The translations under genes were made by a program, and so were the position numbers. Shown here piece after piece: positions 10,129-19,155 of a DNA stretch of 64,000 nucleotides. Positions within the stretch are counted from its first letter, which is position 1. Every line of letters starts with the position of its first letter. The notes below the pieces were generated by a model that searched no databases, was not told the origin of the DNA, and worked only from the letters and a program-made list of their open reading frames with translations. The DNA is from Caldisericia bacterium. GTDB taxonomy: Bacteria; Caldisericota; Caldisericia; JAAYUI01. Where the stretch lies: positions 192,001 through 256,000 of the forward strand of contig OY771555.1 of assembly GCA_963674785.1 (NCBI GenBank), read 5' to 3'.

Positions 10129-10925
10129 CTCATCAACCTCTCAAGAATAACTGCAACACCATCTTCTTCATTACTTGGCGCTACAAAATCCGCTTTTTCT
10201 TTTACTGTTTCTGTTGCATTCTTCATCGCGTAAGACATTCCACACACTTCAAATGCTGGAATATCATTATCCTGGTCTCCAAATGCAACAGCATTCATCA
10301 AATTCCATCCGTTTTTTTTGGCAAGCAGCCTTAAGGCATTCCCTTTTGAAACACCAAGCGCTCCTGCCTCAAGAAATGAAGACCAAGAGCTTACGAAATC
10401 GAGTTTTCCAGAAAACTTCTCACTCAATTCATAATACAGCCCATTTTCACCCAAGGTTTCAGATAGAATAAAAACTCTTGTAGGATCTTCTTTTTTATTC
10501 CTCAAAAACCCTGAAAGATTTGGGACAACAATTGACTTCATACTGGTTCGGTACTCATACATATGAGATCTTTCATTTTCCTCTTGTATGTGAAATCTAT
10601 CTTCCAGATAAAAACCAATGAGGTCAACCCGGTCAATCATCATATCGATTAACTCAACTGTATATTCCCACGGCATCTTCTTATGAAAAATAGGGGTATC
10701 TATATCGGAATATCTTATATACGATCCCGAATAAGCAATTATCGGGCAATCGAATCCAATAATCTTAGTGTATGGGAATATCGAGGCATACCTTCTACCA
10801 GAGGCAAGCACAACCTCAATACCTTTTTCTCTTGCACATCTTAAGGCTTCAATGTTTCTTTTTGAAATATCCTTCTCATTCGAAAGCAGAGTGCCATCAA
10901 GGTCAACACAAATTAACTCGATCAT
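10125..10925 (-). CDS. Cof-type HAD-IIB family hydrolase
   Basis: DLDGTLL, LASGR, VSKGNAL and AFGDQDND motifs. Confidence 0.93.
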   Translation of the reverse strand: MIELICVDLDGTLLSNEKDISKRNIEALRCAREKGIEVVLASGRRYASIFPYTKIIGFDCPIIAYSGSYIRYSDIDTPIFHKKMPWEYTVELIDMMIDRVDLIGFYLEDRFHIQEENERSHMYEYRTSMKSIVVPNLSGFLRNKKEDPTRVFILSETLGENGLYYELSEKFSGKLDFVSSWSSFLEAGALGVSKGNALRLLAKKNGWNLMNAVAFGDQDNDIPAFEVCGMSYAMKNATETVKEKADFVAPSNEEDGVAVILERLMR

Positions 10926-12313
10926 TTTTTCTTTAATCTTGAAAATGGTTTTCGGAGCTTTTTCAACAGGGCGCTCTCAGAAAGTGAAGGAACTTTTGAT
11001 TCATATGGTTCAACTGCGATACCAAATTTTGCAAAGACATCTGTATTTTGCCTGAAGTATTCAAAAATAGCTTTAACAAAAACCAAAAATGGGATTGCAA
11101 GGAGAATAGCAAATGGTCCAAAAAGTGTCGAGAAAGCAAACATCACAAACACAATCAAAAGTGGATGTGTTTGCGTAACCTTTGCAAAAAGAGGTTTTGA
11201 AATCAGGAGATCTATTGTTTGTTCAATGATAATAAACCCAATTGAATAGTAGAGGATTATGCTCCAATTTCCCGTCGGAATTGCAGAGGCAAACGCAAGC
11301 AAAAGTCCAAGCGTAAACGATAGAATCGGGCCAACATATGGAACCATCTCACCAAACGCCACTATCACCCCTATTATAAATGCCGAGGGTAGACCCAAAA
11401 TCGCACACATTAATCCTACCAATATACCCGTTGTCGCTGAAAGAAGTGACTGCGCCCTTACATACGTCCAGATTTTCTCATAAACATTTGCAAGCACACC
11501 TTTTACAACATTTCCAGTTTTATTTGGGAAAATCGAGAATAACACAGCATTGGCCAAATCCCAGTCAAGTAGCAAAAATATTGTAATTATAAGGATTATT
11601 AGCCCATTGAAGATTCCATTTGCGATCTTGCCAACAAGATTCACAGTTCCGGAAATAATTGAAGTCGCAAGTGATGAAAGCCAACTTGAAAGGTTTTGAA
11701 GTGCAGTATCAATTGTTTCAGATATCGAAGCAGATGGTGAGATAACCAAAATCTGGTATTGCAAATCATTTATTATTCCATCTAGCTCCTCAATCTCATC
11801 AGCATTTTCTACCGGATCAAGAACCGAGATTCTATTTTCGATTGAATCAATTGCGGTACCGTATGAAAGAGTTAAGGCGTTTGAAACATGTCTACCTTCA
11901 CCATTCAAGGTAAGGTTTACGATCCAACCCTCAACGGAATTTTTTATCTCATTTACATCCAACTGTTGAAAAGTATCAGCAAGCTCTGTTACCTGAGTTC
12001 CAATAACCTTTGATGCAGGAATAATAATCCAAACCATAATCGTTATGATCACAAGGAAGCTTATAACAATTGACAAAACACGAGGTAATTTCAGTTGGAC
12101 TTTTTTCTTTTTCGCGACCTTAAAACTTCCCCTGGACAAAAAGTCGACCATCGGTCGAACCAGGAAAACAAATACAAGCGAAATCAAAAATAGAAGTAGC
12201 AATGACCTTAGAAGCCAAAGACCATAAAACAACAAACAAATAAGGAGAACTACAGCGATTGCCAAAAGAACTTTTAGGAAACCGTTGAGTTCTCCTCTTG
12301 TAATTTGAATCAT
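10922..12313 (-). CDS. AI-2E family (PerM) transporter
   Basis: Multiple TM segments; VPYVGP and HPLLIVF...FGPFAILLAIP patterns. Confidence 0.88.
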   Translation of the reverse strand: MIQITRGELNGFLKVLLAIAVVLLICLLFYGLWLLRSLLLLFLISLVFVFLVRPMVDFLSRGSFKVAKKKKVQLKLPRVLSIVISFLVIITIMVWIIIPASKVIGTQVTELADTFQQLDVNEIKNSVEGWIVNLTLNGEGRHVSNALTLSYGTAIDSIENRISVLDPVENADEIEELDGIINDLQYQILVISPSASISETIDTALQNLSSWLSSLATSIISGTVNLVGKIANGIFNGLIILIITIFLLLDWDLANAVLFSIFPNKTGNVVKGVLANVYEKIWTYVRAQSLLSATTGILVGLMCAILGLPSAFIIGVIVAFGEMVPYVGPILSFTLGLLLAFASAIPTGNWSIILYYSIGFIIIEQTIDLLISKPLFAKVTQTHPLLIVFVMFAFSTLFGPFAILLAIPFLVFVKAIFEYFRQNTDVFAKFGIAVEPYESKVPSLSESALLKKLRKPFSRLKKK

Positions 12314-12330
12314 TTTTTACCTGGAATTAT

Positions 12331-12579
12331 TTAGTGAAGTTCAGAATCAAATTCTTCTGTTGCTTTTTGTGGAACTCTTTTGTCAATTTCTTCTTTGACT
12401 TTTGAAGCTATTTGACCAGCAATCTTTCTGGCTTCTTTTGAGTATTCCATTCCCTTTTCATAAACGAGTTTTTGTGTGTCCTCACCTTTGGCTGGGGCAA
12501 ACATTATTCCAAGGATAAAACCAATTGCTGAACCGATAACAACACCTGCTACAAATCCGCTTCCATCTCTGTCTGACAT
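12331..12579 (-). CDS. YtxH domain-containing protein
   Basis: GFVAGVVIGSAIGFILGIMFAPAKGEDTQ; SD AGGAGG upstream of ATG 12579. Confidence 0.85.
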   Translation of the reverse strand: MSDRDGSGFVAGVVIGSAIGFILGIMFAPAKGEDTQKLVYEKGMEYSKEARKIAGQIASKVKEEIDKRVPQKATEEFDSELH

Positions 12580-12583
12580 ATTT

Positions 12584-12934
12584 TTAATCCTCCTTTTTAT
12601 TTCTTTTTCTTCTACCAAGCATGCTTCCCACAAATCTCATGCCATCAACGATTGACCCGAGACTTGAGATAACCGTACCAATCAATAGTACAGACTTATT
12701 AACCACAGGTTCAGCCTCAGTAACAATTGAATTAACTTTTGGCATGATCTCCGTGTTTACCGTTTTTGTCATTTTTTCGGCCTCGGATAGCGTTCTTTTT
12801 ACTTGAAGTAACATTGGTACAAGGTAAAGAACAACAACCAATGCACAAACTCCCAGAAGACCGATAAGAATCCACATCGCCGTTATTTGAACGTTCAATC
12901 TTTCAATAAGCGTCGAAACTTGCCCTTGAGTCAT
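12584..12934 (-). CDS. DUF948/YoxC (YtxG)-like membrane protein
   Basis: Single TM helix followed by a coiled segment; lies directly upstream of YtxH as in ytxGH; SD GAGGTG. Confidence 0.7.
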   Translation of the reverse strand: MTQGQVSTLIERLNVQITAMWILIGLLGVCALVVVLYLVPMLLQVKRTLSEAEKMTKTVNTEIMPKVNSIVTEAEPVVNKSVLLIGTVISSLGSIVDGMRFVGSMLGRRKRNKKED

Positions 12935-12956
12935 TTTTACCCACCTCACATTTCAT

Positions 12957-13128
12957 TGCCCCACAAATGCCGTGATAGCCGGGGGTTTCTGCACCCCTCA
13001 TCAAGTGGGTCGCAACTTTCATAAGGCTTATGAACCAGATCTTTACAGGCACAGTCGCCTCAAGGCTTCGCAACCCTTCCATTTACGTTAGGCAGAAAAC
13101 GTAGCGTATGCACGAACACAGCAGGGCA
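12957..13128 (-). ncRNA. ssrS: 6S RNA
   Basis: On the minus strand, 5' TGCCCTGCTGTGTTCGTG pairs with 3' CACGGCATTTGTGGGGCA. Internal GGGTTGCG/CGACCCAC pairing and a length of about 172 nt give the long rod with central bubble typical of 6S. Confidence 0.8.
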
Positions 13129-13177
13129 TATGAATATTCTAGCACAAACCCCAGTAAGTTCAAGCTTGATGAGCTAG

Positions 13178-13708
13178 TTATGAGAAAAATATGTTGATGA
13201 TAAATCTTATAAGACCGAGAGCAAACATCGTAAGTAGTATTGCCATCAACCATTCTGAGATTTTCCCCCATGGGAGAATTCTTGTCTGCCCGGTTGCTGC
13301 AGGGAGTCTTTTTGGTAAGTCAATTGTCAAACTTTCGCCATTTTCTATTCTTTCGATTGGAAAAGAGATCGATGGTGAATTGCCCCATTTTGTGTATAGG
13401 TTTATCTCCCAACCTGAAAGCTTTCCACAATCAACAAGTTCGAGAAGGGTGACCTCATTGCTATTAATATTTCCATTGCTTGAAACAATCTCAGTATCAG
13501 AAAAAACCGAAAAAATATGCGGTCGGGGTAGCAGTGTGGTTAAAGGATATATCACTGAGATAGACACAATCAAAAGGGCAGCCAACAGGGTGCTGTTTAT
13601 TGTTCCTAGTGGTAACCAAAGAAGAACAATTGATGGAGAGAGGGTTAGAAACCACACCCAAAAAGATGACATTCCAGACTTCGTTTTTATTGCTTTCATA
13701 ACATCCAC
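13178..13708 (-). CDS. Hypothetical membrane protein
   Basis: Two N-terminal TM helices and one C-terminal TM helix; follows the upstream gene by 3 nt and has a similar topology. Confidence 0.65.
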   Translation of the reverse strand: MDVMKAIKTKSGMSSFWVWFLTLSPSIVLLWLPLGTINSTLLAALLIVSISVIYPLTTLLPRPHIFSVFSDTEIVSSNGNINSNEVTLLELVDCGKLSGWEINLYTKWGNSPSISFPIERIENGESLTIDLPKRLPAATGQTRILPWGKISEWLMAILLTMFALGLIRFIINIFFS

Positions 13709-13711
13709 CTA

Positions 13712-14245
13712 CTAAAACAACTTCCAAAAAAACAAAACTGCGAGAGCAACAACCGATACAATCAGCCCCCAATCAACCATGTGATAACCAGCATATTGCT
13801 CAGTAAAAGTCGCATTTGGAATCGCAACTTTTATATCTTCGATCAATTCATCAGGTTTTTGAAGCTCATCCAGGGCGATAGATCCAAACAACCTGAGATC
13901 TGAACCAGTAAATATTTGAAGCTCTCTTCCAAACTTGCTTGACCTTTTGACAAGCACAATTCGAACAACATCTTCAAGCTGGACTACTTTCGCAGTAACC
14001 TGCAGAAACGTGTCGGAAAGGTAAACCCTTACGATCCCAGTTCTGAAGAAAAGCCTGGAAAGCCATGCCACAAAAATTGCCAGTCCAATAGTCCCGATTA
14101 CGTATACCCATCCAATATTCAATTTATAAAACTCCACAGGCAACAACATAGAAAACACTGCCGCATAGACAATAACTGAATAATAAAAATTGATCGGATG
14201 ACCTGAACTCAACGTATAATACTTTTTTATCTTCTCTTCTTCCAC
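13712..14245 (-). CDS. Hypothetical membrane protein (PH-like soluble domain between TMs)
   Basis: Likely GTG start at 14245, 7 nt after TATAAT; two TMs, a soluble domain and a C-terminal TM. Confidence 0.65.
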   Translation of the reverse strand: MEEEKIKKYYTLSSGHPINFYYSVIVYAAVFSMLLPVEFYKLNIGWVYVIGTIGLAIFVAWLSRLFFRTGIVRVYLSDTFLQVTAKVVQLEDVVRIVLVKRSSKFGRELQIFTGSDLRLFGSIALDELQKPDELIEDIKVAIPNATFTEQYAGYHMVDWGLIVSVVALAVLFFWKLF

Positions 14246-14252
14246 GCTCTGG

Positions 14253-14292
14253 ATTATATGACTTGACCAAGCATAAGACAAGTTAGTAAAAT
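14253..14292. promoter_or_regulatory. Overlapping divergent sigma70-type promoters
   Basis: Minus strand: TTGTCT(14281-14276)-17-TATAAT(14258-14253). Plus strand: TTGACC(14263)-18-TAAAAT(14287). Confidence 0.55.
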
Positions 14293-16519
14293 GAAGCAAG
14301 TGCAATACTCGCTGTATGAAAAGAAGAGAACCAAGATTCCGTCACCGAGAAATGACGAAAAACTCAAAGCGCTAAGGAAATACTTTTTTGTTTCATTCTC
14401 TATTCTAATCCTCATTGTATCGGTGTTTTTAATAATTCAAATATGGCCAAAAAAACCAGAAATAAAACTGATACTTGGTACAGAAGGCGAGGTAGTTTTT
14501 GATGGGAAAAGCATCGGAATTGGAACAGAATTCACCCTCAGAAAACTCGAAAAAGGACTTCACACGATTGTTGCAAAGTCAACAGAAAAAATTCCTTTTT
14601 TACTTGAAGAAGTCGAAGAAATAAATATCCAACCTGGGGTTAAGACTGAACTTAAGATGCTTTCTGTTTGTGAACTGAGCATCAACAGCAATCCTCCAGG
14701 CGCAAGGGTAATGATCAGCTCAATAGATGGTGAATTGAATCTTGGAAAAACTCCGATCGACACAAAAATCCAATCCGGTCATTTTGAAGTTACTGTCAGG
14801 CTTCCTGGTTATCCAGAGTACAGAAAATCCATATTGACCGTTGATCTTGAACCTATCGACTTGAATATTGACTTAGAGCAACAAGCACTTTCAGAACCAG
14901 GTGCAAAAAGACTCATCAACAATCTTACAATCAAATCGATGATGCATGGGTCAAGCTTCATAATCAATGGAAAAAATTATACTTCACCTGGATCATTTGC
15001 AATTGACCCTGGAATTCATGAAACCACCTTGATATATGGGAAAAATGAGATATTCAAAACTGAAGTGGTATTCCCATCCGTAGGGAAACCAGTAGTTTTG
15101 TCTTGTCCAGCAAATATAACAAATCCATCCATCCATTTCTCAGGTAATCTTCATGTCATCCCTCAGGATGCAAGAGACATATCGATATCAAATGATGATA
15201 AATTTCTTTTTTACTCAACACCAACAAGATATATCTACGAGACGGTTAAATCAGTTGATCTTGAAACTGGAGAAACAAGATGGGTCGTTGATGTTGATTC
15301 CGCATGGGAAAACCGACCAATCATAATTGGTGGATGCAGCAACACCAGCGTATACGGGATGGCTGGAGTCCCTCCAAAATTCTCGGCCTCTCCATTTGCA
15401 ATCGACATAAGACACGGAGTTGAAAATCAGAGATTCTACAGTGAAAACTCTGCTCTTCCATTATCAGAAAAACCTATTGACCATTTGTCAACACCCACTT
15501 ATGCAGGAGTTTGGAGTGGTTATTACAAAACCAGCAAAGAGGTTACAGGGTTAGAGGTTCTAATTAAGTCTCAAAACGAGGACGAGAGATTTTTGAAAAT
15601 ACTTGATAAAGGATGGGATGCAAAATATCTGGGGTACTCAGAATCCGCAAAGGATAACTCAAAACCAATTTTCATATTTCACGTGTGGAAGGGAAACATA
15701 AACAGGCTCCTGATACTTGACCCCGAAAAAAAATTGTCGGACATCGAATTGGATAAGAACCCTAAGGAGAAAAATCCTGAATGGGTAACAATTGGTATAT
15801 CAATCCAACCTGACTTCCTCGTTTCAGATTCGCACAAAATCCCTGCGAAACATTTTCTGATATGTGATAGCAAAAACACATATGCAATCACTTATCCAAG
15901 TGGAAAGGTAAAATGGAAAAGATATTTCAATATCCCAACAACAGAAAAACCGGAATTTAAGATTATCAAGGACAAACCGGTAGTTCTATACACATTCGAT
16001 GTAAACCCATTTGAAGTCCAGCTTGACGTGAAAACTGGAAAAGAGGTAGATCGAAGAGAAAACCCAATCACTCCTCAAGAGTTTTTCAATCCAGATTCTA
16101 ATATGATGGGCATTTTTCTTAAGGAAGATAAATTATTTTCAGGGGTTTACGAAGACCCTCAGGGTGGTTTTAGCTATAGATGGGAAAAAAAGGTCGAAAA
16201 TGGACTAGCATTTTTAACTGAATGTGGTGGCATAACAATTTCTAGAGGCACCTTCACAGTTCTTGCGAGCCATGGGTTAGAAGAGATTTTATCTTTTAAT
16301 GTCCCAGGATTTGATCCAACCCTCCCATTTGACTATATCTCAACTCCAAACCATATTGCTCTACATAGTAACAATAAATGCTGGGTCATTAACCAAGATG
16401 GTCTAATTGTTGGATTTTATCAAGACATTTCAAAAATTGAGAAAGCTAATGACTCGTCAACTTATGCATTTTTAGCGGTTTCTAAAAATCAAAAACTCAT
16501 AATCCCCTGGTCGAACTAG
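14291..16519 (+). CDS. Membrane-anchored PEGA domain protein with propeller-like C-terminus
   Basis: N-terminal TM; LSINSNPPGARVMI...LGKTPI...GHFEVTVRLPGY PEGA motif. The true start may be GTG 14300. Confidence 0.8.
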   Translation: MKQVQYSLYEKKRTKIPSPRNDEKLKALRKYFFVSFSILILIVSVFLIIQIWPKKPEIKLILGTEGEVVFDGKSIGIGTEFTLRKLEKGLHTIVAKSTEKIPFLLEEVEEINIQPGVKTELKMLSVCELSINSNPPGARVMISSIDGELNLGKTPIDTKIQSGHFEVTVRLPGYPEYRKSILTVDLEPIDLNIDLEQQALSEPGAKRLINNLTIKSMMHGSSFIINGKNYTSPGSFAIDPGIHETTLIYGKNEIFKTEVVFPSVGKPVVLSCPANITNPSIHFSGNLHVIPQDARDISISNDDKFLFYSTPTRYIYETVKSVDLETGETRWVVDVDSAWENRPIIIGGCSNTSVYGMAGVPPKFSASPFAIDIRHGVENQRFYSENSALPLSEKPIDHLSTPTYAGVWSGYYKTSKEVTGLEVLIKSQNEDERFLKILDKGWDAKYLGYSESAKDNSKPIFIFHVWKGNINRLLILDPEKKLSDIELDKNPKEKNPEWVTIGISIQPDFLVSDSHKIPAKHFLICDSKNTYAITYPSGKVKWKRYFNIPTTEKPEFKIIKDKPVVLYTFDVNPFEVQLDVKTGKEVDRRENPITPQEFFNPDSNMMGIFLKEDKLFSGVYEDPQGGFSYRWEKKVENGLAFLTECGGITISRGTFTVLASHGLEEILSFNVPGFDPTLPFDYISTPNHIALHSNNKCWVINQDGLIVGFYQDISKIEKANDSSTYAFLAVSKNQKLIIPWSN

Positions 16520-16589
16520 AAACAACTCAAAGAAGCAACATCTGAAAAGGGTTTACCAACCAATGAACACTACAACAAAACACTGTGAA

Positions 16590-16766
16590 AACAAGTTCAG
16601 CCGGGCGTGGGAGGGTCACCCGGCTGGGAGCATCCCCCTTTCAGGGGATTTTGGGAGGTGGGATCTGGGGTAGATCCCTTCACGGACCTGGGGAAATCCG
16701 CGTAGCACCAAGCTACCACACCACTGTATGTTTTCGATTAAAAAAAAGTTGTATCTCGTGTGTATA
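16590..16766 (-). ncRNA. Putative novel structured small RNA with C-rich loops
   Basis: GC-rich island between convergent genes with five hairpins; G-U wobbles and a GAAA tetraloop are valid only on the minus strand; a promoter lies upstream. Confidence 0.7.
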
Positions 16767-16772
16767 TAACTG

Positions 16773-16801
16773 ATTATTCCATTGTTTCTCAAAACCTGCA
16801 A
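16773..16801 (-). promoter_or_regulatory. Putative sigma70 promoter of the sRNA
   Basis: TTGCAG-17 nt-AATAAT with a TG extended -10. Confidence 0.45.
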
Positions 16802-16819
16802 TGGTAATTTTGATTAAGA

Positions 16820-18091
16820 TTACTTGTTCAGAAATAACTCGGGCATTAACCCTTTTAAAAATAACTCAGACAACTTATCAGCTGCTCGTATGTTACTGGC
16901 CCCAAGTGGATCATTGGGGTTGTTATTCAATTCAGTTTTTACAATTTGGCATTCAATAAGTCCAACATTCTGATACACCGAGAATCTTTTCATATCGATT
17001 TTTATCAAATCAGCCTGGATCTCTTCACCTTTATTTATCCGAGATAAATTATTCTCGTGAATATATTTCAAAACCTTCATATCAGTTTCTGCAACTTGAT
17101 TTGACTTATATCTCAGAATGATTCGAATCGGGAGCTCTTCATCTGGATGATGAGAAAATGCAATCCAGTCTAGTCCAATATGTCTACCACAACCTTTCAA
17201 ATTCTCCAAAATTTTCAATCGATCTTCGCTCATAACTGAGCCAATCCCAAGATTTGAAGTTGAATTCTCGAGTGTCAGTTTTGACTTTATCAAAACTGCA
17301 TTTTCCGCATCACCAATAAAAGGGATCATGTCGGCAATTTCTTTTTCAGAAGCCAGGCCAACTTCTTTTTGTCTTATCAAAACAGCAGTTTCATCTGCTT
17401 GTTCAACGTTGTTCTTCTCATAATTAAAATATCCAAACTCGGGGCTATATGGGGCAACCTGTCTTCCATAAATGGGAGATTTATTTGACCAAGGAGCAAG
17501 GAATGATGTCATAGAAGAGTTGATCAGAGGTTCAGTAGAATAACCATCCTCACTCATCGCAGGCAGAAGCTTATCACCCATCGATAGATTTCCCGCAAAC
17601 CATGTTCCACCAGAAATTGTATCATGAACCATCCAATTCCAGTTTTCAGGATCATCTATTGGTTGTTTTTGTTGATATATTCTGCTTAAAAGAAAATCTG
17701 GAGAATACATCGATGCAAGAATCAAATCAAAGTCAGATGGAGAACTTGAATAATATCCAAGTCTCTCCAGACCATGCTTTATGTTGGTAAAAGAAATAAG
17801 GTTAAAGCCAAATTTGGAAATGTCATCATTGAGGCTTGAAGGAATATATCCAAGGGCGAGTTCGGCTGTTGTTCCCGTAACTTTTGGAAGTTGAAACTCA
17901 TCAAGTTCAGGTAATTCACTCAGATTTATTGGTGACACATAATCATCAGCATTATCAACTCTTTCGCTAATATTTTGATCAACTAAGTCATCTTCTGGTT
18001 CAATTCCAGCATTACCACAAGATACGAGAGAGAGAAATGCAACAAACACAAAAACCGAAACTGCAATTTTCAAAAATCTACTAATCTTCAC
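16820..18091 (-). CDS. Hypothetical lipoprotein
   Basis: Lipobox LVSC after a hydrophobic leader; 423-aa ORF overlapping the upstream stop. Confidence 0.7.
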   Translation of the reverse strand: MKISRFLKIAVSVFVFVAFLSLVSCGNAGIEPEDDLVDQNISERVDNADDYVSPINLSELPELDEFQLPKVTGTTAELALGYIPSSLNDDISKFGFNLISFTNIKHGLERLGYYSSSPSDFDLILASMYSPDFLLSRIYQQKQPIDDPENWNWMVHDTISGGTWFAGNLSMGDKLLPAMSEDGYSTEPLINSSMTSFLAPWSNKSPIYGRQVAPYSPEFGYFNYEKNNVEQADETAVLIRQKEVGLASEKEIADMIPFIGDAENAVLIKSKLTLENSTSNLGIGSVMSEDRLKILENLKGCGRHIGLDWIAFSHHPDEELPIRIILRYKSNQVAETDMKVLKYIHENNLSRINKGEEIQADLIKIDMKRFSVYQNVGLIECQIVKTELNNNPNDPLGASNIRAADKLSELFLKGLMPELFLNK

Positions 18092-19124
18092 TTGTCACAA
18101 GCTCCATAAAATCATTTACCATAATATCTATCGTTATATGATTGAGTTCCCCAGAGGGTTCAATTCCAAGAATGTTTTGATAATCCGTAACTGCTTGTTC
18201 CATCTGCTCATCAAAAACATCAGAATTCAATAGCGGATAACCAAGCCTTGTAAGAATAGTCCTAAAACTTCTTATCTTCTCACCGGTATCGCCAACCACA
18301 AACTTCTCAATTCCAAACTTCAAATTAGTTTTAAGATAGATTGTTAGGATTTTTCCAAGGTCAGTATCTTCTTCAACCAGTATCCGAGGGGCTCTATGGA
18401 CAATCTGTCCATTCATGTATCCTCTATCTGAAGTTACACAGCCATTTAAACCATATCTGCTTATTTCGATAATAACATCAGTTGTGTAGGCACCTTTTGG
18501 AATAGAAAATGTTCGTACTTCTTTACCGATATTATCCTCAACATCCTTAATCGATTGAGAGATTTCGTAATCAGCTCTTGATGCACTTGCCGCTGAAAGG
18601 TCAATATGATTAACTGTATGAGAACCAATCTCAAAACCTTGATCAGATATCTTTTTTAAATCTTCCCACCCTAGATAAAAAAGTGACTGATTTGGATAAT
18701 GTTTTCCCACCTTACCAGTGATAACAAAAAAGGTTGCATTAAAATCAATTGATTTCAGATCATATGAAGCCTGAAGATTGTCATCATGTCCATCATCAAA
18801 CGTGAGCACAACATGACTCAGATCGAAATCACCGGTTCCAAGTTCATCAATTGATTCAGCAAAAGATATACCCTTCATACCCATATTCTTTAAAATCATC
18901 ATCTGTTTATCAAAGGTCTCAGGTTTAATGTACATCCCCGGATGTTTTGACCCTTCAGGAGCATTGGAAACACAATGATATTCAAGAATCAACACACCAA
19001 CATCACTTGTTGGAATCTTTGGCCATAATGCTCTTGCATCGAGATCATATAGAGCATCTACACTTCCAACTGATAGAAAAACTAATCCCAAACATATTAT
19101 CAATTGTAGAATCTTCCTGCTCAT
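18081..19124 (-). CDS. Polysaccharide deacetylase (NodB/CE4) with C-terminal peptidoglycan-binding domain
   Basis: ILEYH, LTFDDG and EIGSHTVNH motifs; C-terminal LTRLGY...AVTDYQNILGIEPSG (PG_binding_1-like). Confidence 0.88.
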   Translation of the reverse strand: MSRKILQLIICLGLVFLSVGSVDALYDLDARALWPKIPTSDVGVLILEYHCVSNAPEGSKHPGMYIKPETFDKQMMILKNMGMKGISFAESIDELGTGDFDLSHVVLTFDDGHDDNLQASYDLKSIDFNATFFVITGKVGKHYPNQSLFYLGWEDLKKISDQGFEIGSHTVNHIDLSAASASRADYEISQSIKDVEDNIGKEVRTFSIPKGAYTTDVIIEISRYGLNGCVTSDRGYMNGQIVHRAPRILVEEDTDLGKILTIYLKTNLKFGIEKFVVGDTGEKIRSFRTILTRLGYPLLNSDVFDEQMEQAVTDYQNILGIEPSGELNHITIDIMVNDFMELVTSED

Positions 19125-19155
19125 ATGACTATTTTATATCGAGATTTTTCTCGAT

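Noticed and set aside
16660-16702. SRP RNA (ffs) call for the GC-rich hairpin cluster, because the minus strand contains CAGGTCCG.GAAGG
   Set aside because: It lacks the AGCAG half of the conserved helix-8 loop and folds as five short hairpins rather than one long rod.
16585-16801. Short ORFs 16585..16773 (+) and 16616..16801 (-)
   Set aside because: Atypical composition and no SD; they are by-products of the GC-rich structured RNA.
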